Position numbers and translations under genes: made by a program. Source: Ascidiella aspersa (taxonomy: Eukaryota). Taken from it: a stretch of 64,000 bases of DNA. Shown one piece after another: positions 48,711 to 59,460 of this stretch. Under the pieces are notes generated by a model, which worked only from the letters and a program-made list of their open reading frames with translations, made no database searches and was not told where the DNA came from. Location of the stretch: contig OZ004615.1 of NCBI GenBank assembly GCA_963924565.1, positions 6,758,001 to 6,822,000 of the forward strand, given 5' to 3'. How positions within the stretch are numbered: the first letter of the stretch is position 1; each line of letters begins with the position of its first letter.

Positions 48711-51700
48711 AAAAAAGGCAGTTTAAAATATGCGCACATTTTGGCGTGCACATTTTTGCGCACATTGTGCAAAATAACGCCACGTCCCCTTTTGAACTTC
48801 AGGCATCGGCCTGATCCGATATTATCGGACATCACTATAGTCCTCGATTTTTAGCATCTGGAAATTGTTTGCGCGTTATTTGCGGGTGACACACTGTATA
48901 GGTTTAATGAGTGCTATGTAAACATTTTCGACCCATGCTGAAGTGTTAAGATTTTTGAGTTAGGTAATAAAAAGACGGAACCTAAATGGAAAAAAATGTT
49001 TCACGGCCCACAGATGAAATAAGATGTAATTTATCAAAAAAAAGTCACAACATGATTTAACAAATTAACCACTGCCTAACGTTTATTTTTTCAAACACCT
49101 TGACTTTTTTTTCCAAATACCTTAACCCGTTTATTTTGCTAGCAGTCAGCAACCATTTCTCCAACTTGTTTCGTACGCTTTTTCAACTGAATGGCAGCAA
49201 GCACTGATTCGGACTTAATAGCGCACGCCGCTTTTAATTTGTTATTAAAGCTGGTCTATATCGGAAACGAGGTTGCATGTTTAGCCTAAAAGCATTAAAT
49301 GTGAGATTTAGTGAACCTTGTGGCTAACTGACGCCTGATTTTAACGAGTGAGCGTTGGACGTTTACGAGGAAGCCTCCAAAAACTACGACACCACGGCAG
49401 GCGGCTTTGTTGAATCACATTACGTCATCGGCCAACGCGCAGCGGCTGTTTCGTCCTCGTTTGACCTCTACACACACAACAACAGGCGCGCATTCAACAC
49501 TACAGACCGCCGTGGAACACCATGCTTCCAGTTCTACCCTGCCTCACACTATACGCCTTAATAAATATCAACAGCTTGCTCTTCGATTTTTCGAACTTTA
49601 TCACCTGCCGGAACACTTTTGCTTCCATATAATAATGAACATGCCAAAAATATAGGATGCAATAATGACCTTCCACTTATCCGTACATATACAAACCGCA
49701 AAAAATTTTGTATTAAGACAAAACATCAATTAAAATCGATCGACTCAAGCTAATAATTGATCAGTCATTTAAACGATGTTAAAGTGGCTGCTAAAAACTG
49801 TTTTAAGGACTCTTAGGTCTTAGGGGTTCACAGACCCCAGATTAAGAACCACTGCTATACAAAAACTGATAATTTAACAGTTGAACGAAAGCGATACTTA
49901 ACCCTGGCTGCGTGCGAGAACAGCAACAAACTCTGGGGTCCGGTGTCGCGCAGCGGATAATAGCAAAAAAAGGCCACCGGGCGACTTTTTTTCACGCGCG
50001 TTAGATTTAAAAAACAAGATTCGCGCAAGAGCGAAGGACGTCGCTGCTAAAAGCCGCCCACTCCGCGGCTAATGGCCTTTTCTATTTAAGGCTCCTGCAA
50101 TTTTTTACGGGCACGCCGCAGCTGCCGTGGCGTTGACGCGTCATCTATACGCTACACGGTTTATATCCCGACCGCATCCCCGGCGCACGGCCGAGCCCAC
50201 GAAGACACTTTAATAGCAGGCAACTTCTCGTAAAAAACGGCGCTCGGCGCGACGAGTTTAAACAAAGAAACGCAAAACGCATCAATTATTCAGCGCCGCC
50301 GTGGGCTTTAAATGTTCAACATATGATTTACCCGCCCATATTCGACCTTGGACGCGGCGCGCGGCCGTTCAAGGTCGCACACCTTTGCCGCCCTAAAAAA
50401 ACACATTTGCTTAATGCAGTCGTGGCCAGATGGCGATTAACGCCGCAGATAAGCCGGTCAAACAGCACATACAGGCACAAGTGCGGGTTTAAAGGTGCTG
50501 TTGAGTGTTTAGGACTGTTAACCCGACTGGAAGTCAAGCCAAAGCCGATTTAGTTTGCCGATACAATCGCCGAAAAACTGTATATAACCGTAAAACGTGA
50601 ACGCAATTCGCTGGCACGTTTCAATCAATCCTCGCACACTTTCGTGAAATTGAACGCAAGAATAAATGTTAATTTTATAAATGTTGCGAAACGTAGGTTT
50701 TCATGGACTTACTGTATCTTGACGGCGTACCCTAACTACATTTACCAAGTTCCAAGGTATAAAATTTTTCAGTACACACACTGACCCCCCTTACGGTTAT
50801 TATGTATGTCACGCTTATCCGCGTGGTGGCACTGTGCTACCAACAGCAAAATGGAGTAACTGGCTGCTTTATCCTTGTGTGTTATAGTTATGTTATTTTT
50901 AAATGTTTGAAATCTCGAATTACTCCGTTCAATTTCGACTGGTGCTCACAATTAAAAAATTCACATATCAAAAGTACACCAGTTTTGAAAAAAAAAAACG
51001 ATTTTTAGCGGGCAGCATACAACGTTAATGTAACCATTATAACGACTATACACAATTTGCGTTGTTTTTAAAGGGATATCGCCCAGTTAAAAAAAATCAA
51101 AAGCCTAAAATATCTTCTTCGAAGAAACGTGTTACAATTATCCTATCCCTATTAGTATAAGATAATGAAAAGGAAAAGTATGTCAACACTTTTAAAAACA
51201 AAGTAATAAATTCAAAATCATAAACCGAAAAACATTTTTACCTTGTTGGCCGATTTAAAACGTTTCGTGAGGCATAGGTTGTACAGGTCTGCTTCAAACA
51301 GCAATTTACATGGAAAGACTTATTTCTATTACTACATAGTGTGAAATCACGAACAAGGCGCCGTTCACACATTTTCACGGAAGTATAGACTTACACACGA
51401 ATTTTAAATTAACAATTTTTTTTATAAACTTTTTTAATTATTTTGTGAAATCGAGTTTAAATTGGTATAAGCTTGGCGTTTGGTTGTTGTGACAAGGTTT
51501 AAAAAAATGAAACTGTTAAAAAAAACGTGTAGTTTTGATTGGTGTTGTACGACGTTTTTTTAAACAAAACAAAAAAAATGGCGCACTTCTGTAAAAATGT
51601 TTTAGGATAGCACATAAAGCCAAATATCTGAGGCTTGTCGAAGCAGTGAGCAAATAATGAACAGTGAACATCATTCATTTGAACCAAATCGCACATTGAA

Positions 51701-51727
51701 ACGTTTTGTAGTAAGTTCTAAAAAAAC

Positions 51728-52182
51728 GACGCTGGTCTAGAATTCCATTACATTTTCGTCCAGGGGGATTATTGCTAACATAACTTGGATTAAGGCGCGA
51801 GTTAGCGTTTGGGTGGCTGAAGTATTATTATATTATTTATTCTTCCATATTTATTTATTTCCTACAATTTAATTTCTGACAACTCGTTCCGTTACTGTAA
51901 AAGAGTTGTAGGAATACCAGCTCTCCAAAAAGTTGGTGCAATAGTGTTTGTAGCAAGGGTATACCCGAACCCCAAACTCGTTTTTATGCTATTTTTTGCA
52001 ACCCTAAACTCGCGTGTAATAAAAATATGAAAACCGGTCTTGGTACTGGTCTAGAATTCTATAATAATAAATATATTACTTGACCCACCCAAACCCAAAG
52101 GTTAACTCGCACCCTAGCCCAAATAATGTTAGTTATATAAACCGCCGGACGAAAATGTGATATAGGATGCTAGACCAGCGCC
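51728..52182. mobile_element. Foldback MITE (GGCGCTGGTCTAG TIR family)
   Basis: GACGCTGGTCTAG..ACATTTTCGTCC / GGACGAAAATGT..CTAGACCAGCGCC; shares TATTACTTGACCCACCC with 1506-1758. Confidence 0.75.
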
Positions 52183-52296
52183 CTTTTTTAGAGTTGGTCC
52201 TTATTTAAGTTCTGGTAAATCATTACTCTCATTTTGTAGGAGCGAAATATTAGGAAAATTTAAAGCTACACGATGAAGAACTACCTGTAAAAAATT

Positions 52297-52491
52297 GGCG
52301 CTGGTCTACAATCCTACCACATTTGTTTTACACTAACGAAATGAGTGATAAAAGTTGAATAAATATGTAAGAATAAATATAATAACCATACTTGAACCAC
52401 CCTCACCCAAGCACTAACCGACACCCTAACCAAAAATATTGTGCGTTGCTTTATTTGTTTGAACGCTGTGCTAGGATTCTAGGCCAGCGCC
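52297..52491. mobile_element. Foldback MITE (GGCGCTGGTCTA TIR family), short copy
   Basis: GGCGCTGGTCTACAATCCTA / TAGGATTCTAGGCCAGCGCC; internal CCACCCTCACCCAA..CCCTAACC as in 1506-1758. Confidence 0.75.
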
Positions 52492-53519
52492 GAAATTTAT
52501 TTGACCTTTCAAACCATACAAATTATGAAACTTACCACGTGCAAACAGTAAACAAATAATCAAGACAAACTTCAGGCCAGGTCATTTTTGACAGATAAGA
52601 AATTGCTTGTCAGGCAACTCGTGTTCGAAAGAGCTGATACAGAATTCGACTGAGCTGATTGGTTCCCAGGTCAATCAGTTACGCATCGTTAAATTCATAA
52701 ACACCAAATATTTAGGATCGTTAATTGGTAAAAAGATTTTGGGTGGTAGGTTTTGCTGCTAATATGCAACATGTATTAATTATGTATTTAATTAATACAT
52801 GTTTATTATGTATTTTTTCTTTCTTGGTTTGTTTGGTATTTCGTTTTATGAGCATACGCCATGTTGGCCATCCTTTTATGTTGTTTAAATCAGATCCATT
52901 GTTTATCTATTTTTTACTGCTAATAGATTCATAACCAGGGGGCAACTGACTCGATGTTTCTAACGGCTTTATGTTGCCCTCGGGAATTTATTGCCCAGAT
53001 TTTGTGTGTTTTAATTTTGCGTTATATGTTCCAAATCAATAAATTTGTCTGCCATAGTGGTAAAAAAGGAAAATAATATGTTTGGGTTTGAATTGGGTCC
53101 GTGCGACTTTAAAGGCAAAATCCAGAAAACACATTTTTCAACATAGGCGACATGTGGAAATTTCCAATTTTTTTTGGTGAAAATCACATTTAATCTTAAT
53201 AAATATAATGTCTTGTCGCACCCCTGTTAAAATGACAGCCCGGCCATTCCGGCCAGCTTGGAGCGGCTTTAATACGTATTGATCCAAATACGTGTACCAA
53301 AACATTAAAAGTGACTGAACGGAGATACACAACAAAGATACGTTGTGCGAATCGGAGGTTTCACTAATAGTATTTCTCCAAGTCAAATGAGCACGCGCAT
53401 TACGGACTAATGCGCTTAGAGAAATATTAGTGGACTTGGCTTGCTGTCGGGCTGTGATAACCTCAATTGCAATAAACTCTCAAAATAACTATATTTAGGT
53501 ACACTATACACGGATCTGT

Positions 53520-53689
53520 AATGTAGCTTGATAATAAATTGCAAAGCCAAAAAGGTCGAGTAAATCGACAGCATCTTGATTGAAACGTTTCGATACGAGC
53601 TTGTATCATCTTCAGTTAATGTATCCACATCCAGATGCTGTCGATTTACTCGACCTTTTTGGCTTTGCAATTTATTATCAAACTATATT
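53520..53689. repeat. Long inverted repeat (61-bp arms, 49-bp perfect core)
   Basis: 53528-53576 is the exact reverse complement of 53633-53681; 48-nt loop. Confidence 0.92.
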
Positions 53690-54478
53690 TCCTTTTGCAA
53701 TTTTCAATAAGGTAATAACTTCAAAAGCTCTGCATAGCGTGAGTTTATGCGGAAACACTAATTTGGAAATAAGATTATGGGTTTGTCCTTTTGCTTTGAA
53801 AGAAAATCAACTATATATAAAATGAAGTTGTGCCGAGAATTTTTTATGGCTCAAGCTAAAAAGTTTCCACTTGAATAGTTCCATAAAGTAAATAGGGTTG
53901 TAAAAACTTTTGGCGTTTTAACCACTAATGACCCTATTTAACATATTTGTAGTTTGTCTGATTTTTAGTCCATTTAACAAGTATGAAATACTTTACACAT
54001 ATTAACAGTATATTTCAGCATCCAACACACAACAATACCACTTTTAGATTCTGTTCTGGAGAGATGGTAAAAGAAAGGGTTCAACTGAAGAAAAGGCCTG
54101 AAAAGTCAATTATGATTTACCTGCTAGGGTACTACTAACGGCGATTAAGAACATCCGACTGGGCAATAAATCCAATTAAAACGTTGGCGCATTCAAGGCA
54201 CAACAACACGACGTTCTATTCGTCCCATCGGGCTAGTTCATTGAGCCGTCAAAAGAAGGCTCCCCACGAGAATTGATAGCGTAATTAGTGACTGGGAACA
54301 CAGTCTCACGCCAAAGGAAAAGGTATTAAAGTTTTCAGGTTTGAAAAAGCTTGATGAAGATAAGGGCAAACACGTATCGTTAATTGGTAGCCCGAGAAAT
54401 TTTAGAAGACAACTACTTTGACAATCAGGTATCGGTGAAATATACTTCAAACGAATAGTTCTGATCATTCATTGTGGC

Positions 54479-54585
54479 AAGTTTTCCAACTGCATGATTT
54501 TTTTTCTTTACCTTGAAGCTTTAAATTTTCCCACTGTGGGCCACATTAGCACATTATAAAACGAACAACGAAATAAAAAAACATT
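54479..54585. repeat. Dispersed direct repeat copy 1 (copy 2 at 55780-55911)
   Basis: AAGTTTTCCAACTGCAT...TTACCTT.AAGCTTT...AGCACATTAT..AAAACGAACAACG shared between copies. Confidence 0.75.
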
Positions 54586-54829
54586 ACATGCATCACAATG
54601 CCACGCAGTATAGGATAATTTTTAGAAGGGTAATTTTAAATTCACTAATCGTAAATGTTGCTTTTCGGGTAGCTGTGTGATAAAAACGTCAGTCTTAGTT
54701 TTGCTTTTCGCCTTTCATTCAAAAGAAAAGACTGAAAAACAAATTCAAAACGAAACAAATCGATTATGCGCGACACGAGCGAAACGACTTGTTGCTCGGT
54801 CTTGAGACGACTTTTCAAGACGCACTTAC

Positions 54830-54892
54830 CGTCGAGATGTCCCTGTTTTTGTTTTCCTCCGACGATTTTCCACCTTGGTGAGTGGAGAGCAT
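54830..54892 (-). CDS. DPP6/10: Candidate alternative first exon D (MLSTHQGGKSSEENKNRDIST)
   Basis: First ATG after an in-frame TGA; consensus ACG|GTAAGT donor in phase 0; hydrophilic 21-aa peptide in a GC-rich island. Confidence 0.55.
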
Positions 54893-55779
54893 CTTTTCCT
54901 TTTCCTGCTTTTCGTCTCAGGGCGCAATTGGTGCCTTGGGCCGGAAAGCGGGGTTTCAGATCGCTAAGGCCGTCTCGTGAAATATTTAGTAGTCACTTTG
55001 ACACTAGCAACTTTAAACTTCGGCAAAGGCCAACCTGGAGGTCCTGAAAATGTACAAACCAATCGTATGGCCCGGGTGACAAAAATAAGGTTCAGCTTAA
55101 TTACATTTTTAGGTTGAAATGTACAATGTTAACAAAAGAGACAATATATATTTAGTTCAAAGGTAGATTTTTGTTTTTATTTTTAAAAATGACCCAATTC
55201 GTGCGTTATTTCCGTCAGAGTTTAACAGCAAAATTTTAAAAATATTCTATTTGTCACAAGTAAAAAAATTGAAATTAAAAATTTTGATAAAAGCTACATT
55301 TTTGATGCAAATATATCAATTACCAACTTTATCATGTTTGATAACATGATAAACGGAAGTTTCAGGAGCAGCATTTACAAAATTATATTTTGGGGTAAAT
55401 CAAATGATAATTAAGGATCAAAACGTTTTTTTAAGAAATCTGAACAACTATATTTTCAGAGCCTTACTATAAACTAAACTCAACGACGATCTGCACTCGC
55501 AAAATCCTGAAACGCTTGCTTTGCCTAGACTGCAATTAACTTGCTATAAATTATTTGAATGCTTTCCATGTTTACGGACAATAGCGTCCCTAAAACAATA
55601 GCAAGAGTCCTTAAAACACAGTGGTACTTCCGTACATCTGAATTTAGATCTAGCGCGACAGACCCTTTTGTCTTACATATAAATAGGCCGACAACACCAT
55701 ATTGTTGCAAATCGCCTAAAAATATAACACGATTTAAAGATCAATATAAAACGAATTCAGTTCTGCTAGCTATTTCGGA

Positions 55780-55911
55780 AAGTTTTCCAACTGCATAATT
55801 TTGTTTTTAAATTCCTTACCTTAAAGCTTTTACAGGGAACAAGTTGACCTAAATTTACTCACTGCATATCAGCACATTATTATAAAACGAACAACGTAAT
55901 TAAAAAATATT
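55780..55911. repeat. Dispersed direct repeat copy 2
   Basis: See 54479-54585. Confidence 0.75.
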
Positions 55912-56272
55912 GCCTTTTCTAAATGACGCAACAAGATAAAACTATGTTTAGTGTCAACAAATGATCATTGGTTTTAATAAATGCATACATAAAATTAAGC
56001 CTATTTTTGAAATTAAACAATACAACACTGTGAGTAAAAATCATACTGTGTACACCACTGTAGTTGTTGTATCAAACTCACATAACAATCAATCCTTAAA
56101 ATAAATTTTACATCAATATACCAAGTTAAGTCTGCTTTAAATATTCAATGGAAAATATCGACAGCTATAGTAAAGCGGGCCTGGCAACTTTGACCTTTAT
56201 GGCGTTTAATATTCAATGAAGTGGTTTCGCGGCGGCTGGGCTGCACCATATTTCCAAAGATTTAAAATGAAC

Positions 56273-56620
56273 GATTTACCACGATTATATTCAATTGTCT
56301 AACTAACTGCTAGCTCGCCTGATAATATTCTTCGAATTAACAAAGCAATGCTAAGTTACCTCAATAGCCTAACTGCTGGAAAACTGTTTAGGTATACTTT
56401 TGAAGATAAACCTAAACGTATTGCTTGATTGAGCAAGGCGATGGTCGATAGATTAACCACAATTATTTTATCTAACTGCTATCTCACCTGATAATATTTA
56501 TCGAATTACCAAAGCAATGCTAAGGGACCTAAATAGCTTAACTGCTGGTAAACTATTTAGGTCTATTTTTGAATGAAAACCTAAGCGTATTGCTTGATTG
56601 AGCAAGGCCAAGGTCGATAG
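56273..56620. repeat. Tandem duplication, units of about 175 bp
   Basis: CTAACTGCTA..CCTGATAATATT..AAAGCAATGCTAAG..CGTATTGCTTGATTGAGCAAGGC..GGTCGATAG present twice. Confidence 0.88.
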
Positions 56621-58970
56621 TACAGTCAACCGCGTGATTCAAATCACGTCTCAAACCTGAATAATAGAAAACCGGGAAACGTGGGTAGTTATGGCATTTT
56701 ACGCAATGATTTACTCATTCATTTTTAACGTGAATTTAGTGTAAAAAACATGCACATTGCACAGCAGGACGGCATTGTTTTTTAATTATTATTGATTTCG
56801 AGCTTACAGCAACACTATACCTCGAAATTGGGCAAAAGGTAAAGGGCTGTGACATATTATGTGGATGTCATTCATCGCTAATTAGCCCTACTTGCGTTAC
56901 GCGCAAAATCGCCCGCGAACAATCCAGTGGCACAAGATGAAATTAAGGCCATTAGGGCACAAAAGTTTTGTTTCTTTTGTAGCCCAACATTTTATTTTAC
57001 ATTTTAGCCAGCTTGGCATTCTATAAATTTAGGCTATAAAACGTATCGAAAACTAAAATTTGATTTTTTGCCTTAATGCAGTATAAAATACCCAAATACC
57101 GTAACTGCTGAGAACCTATTTACAACTTTAGACTGCTCTACCCTCCAGTGACGGCCCGAGTAGATGAAAAGGGTCACGTGGCCATGCCCCTGCCAAAAAC
57201 TGTACTTTTTTGCTTATTTTAACTAAGTAAATGCAAAAAATTCGTTTCTAGTATGTCTTGGTACATTTCGATACAATCGTTTTAGCCAAAATTCGTCGAT
57301 GCGTCTCGTCGCACCCCAAAAAATGAAAGTTTGGGCAATTCAAACGATATAAATGCGTTTGAAGCTTTGGGCAAATCGATGGCATTTACGTAATGTATAT
57401 AGTTTTTGTTATAATGAAACTAAAAAACTTTAACAAAATAAACGAACTGTGTGGTTATTTTTATAACGTCCCGTTTATCTGTAACTATGTGACGTCGAGT
57501 TTTGACATAACTTGTGACGTCATCTCTGAAAAAATTGTCATGGTTCCGAAAACAAAATCCTGGATTCGCGCCGTCTACTCTCTCAAAAAATCGATGTAAC
57601 CTTCGCGATCGAGTTTGCGTTAAAATGAAAAACAAAATTGTCCTGTGTTCGGAAATCGAAGAATTTGTCAGCTTTGACGTTTTTGTGTCACTCTTGGCCG
57701 CACATTAGGATCCTCAGGATCCTCAAAAAAATAACAAGCCCCGCAAAATTCCAGTCTTTTGCTGTTGGCTATAGCTGCCTTTAATTATTCAGGACGCCCG
57801 GGCCATGTTGACAAAACCAACCCTTTTATATCAATGTGCATTCAACTTCGCGCTTTTAAAACCGCTGCCGACTTGAGAAGAGACCGTCATTTAAAAGTCA
57901 TTTAAACGTGGTTATAAAACTTTAACACCTGACACACCATTTTGCTTCCTTGAAAGATGGACGACGCAACAATTTATACCACAAGGAATAATGTAAATTA
58001 AACAATCGTTTAAAAATTACTTACTTAGTATTCAACATTTTACTTGCTGTTACAAAAGCCGTGCAATTTTACCCGATTAGCGGGATAAGTATTTAATAGA
58101 TAATTCACAAACCTCCTAAATTCCCTTACAGATTCCAATAGGTCCATTGACCCTACTTTAGGAACCACTGCTATAAATCAATGATACGATCGTGACTGAT
58201 CAGTGGTCTTCCTGTAAACATGGTCAGTAATCATCATGTAAAGAGATTAACCTTATTAAACCTCTTTACTGTAATTAAATTTACAGTAATTAATTAACGC
58301 ATTTAGTAACTGTAAGAAATATGCCAAAGCGCCCACATCCCACAATATGGTGTCAAGGTTGAAAAACATCACAGTCATTGTCCAATACCTAAACAATTTT
58401 TTTCCGTAATTTTATTCTAACGAGTGGCGAAAGCCATGCTTTACTAAACAATTGCATGTTAACAAAGTCAGGCGGACCACTTTAGAAATATAATGACAGC
58501 TCTTTTTCAAGGGTGGTAAATGTTGTGAATGGGGCGCGGTGAGATAACCTTTATCACTTTGTTCTGAAACCCTATACACACCACTTAAAACTATGTATAG
58601 TCGGCGAGCCTCCATGACAAGACTATGCCCTACCCATCACGAAGTAGGTTACGCGGGCCCCACTGTGGTTGTAGGGTCATGGATCCCTAATGTTCTACCT
58701 GTACCGGCATACGTTTTCCAATGCTAATCGCACAACAACAATAAAGATCTTTCACAACATGGACCAACCTTATTGACCGTTTTACATTCAATCAATTCAT
58801 AATTCATCAACTGGTATGTAATCTCCCTGCCTTCGATTGGGCCACTGCTGATTAAACTGAGGTGACCGTTCTGTGAATCTATAATGTAATTTGTAATAGG
58901 CCGTCATGGCTTTTTGACCAATTTATAAAATACGCATAACTACAGATAAAAATTTCTGTTCCTCACATCC

Positions 58971-59460
58971 CATCCAGTTCACTTGCGCCGTAAAATTTGC
59001 CTCGACGCTCACTTTCAGAAATAGCTTAGTCTGTTAAGATCCAAGAATAAACCTGAAAAGTGTCCACCTTCGAAATGCTCACAAACAAGAGAAGCTAAGA
59101 AAATATATCGTGTATTTCGATCGCATTTTAAAATAATGCCTTGGCCTGTTGTAAAAGCGTCACTATTGACAAAAGCAAATTTGACCGTTTAGGGAACCTA
59201 TAATGAAAGGCATTCGTAATAGTTAAACAAGGCTTTCAGACTTGCTCAAACTACGCATGGTCGCTTTATGAAAAAATCGACTGTTTATCGTTTAGGAAGT
59301 CCAGTGTTTCCTCTGAGACGTGCAAATGCACAACACACCCAATTCACTTGCGTCGTAAAACTTTAGCTCGCTTACAGAAACAACTACATCTTTAGAATTA
59401 ATATAGCAATAAACCTGGAAATGTATCAACCTTATAAACTTAGAAAAACAAGACAAACTA
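58971..59460. repeat. Diverged local duplication (about 58971-59098 and 59336-59460)
   Basis: TTCACTTGCG.CGTAAAA...CAGAAA...AATAAACCTG.AA.TGT...AAACAAGA shared between copies. Confidence 0.65.

Larger units (their letters stand above)
48058..48794. mobile_element. Satellite-bearing foldback-like element with 9-bp TSD, inserted in an ATCGG-family MITE (about 47735-48838)
   Basis: AACTTCAGG at 48049-48057 and 48795-48803; imperfect inverted ends GGGGA..ACAATGTGCGCA; the host TIR TATCGGACATCACTA resumes after it. Confidence 0.7.

Noticed and set aside
47970-48835. ORFs with NVRT repeats, (EV)n and (RG)n
   Set aside because: Products of the minisatellite and hexamer microsatellite.
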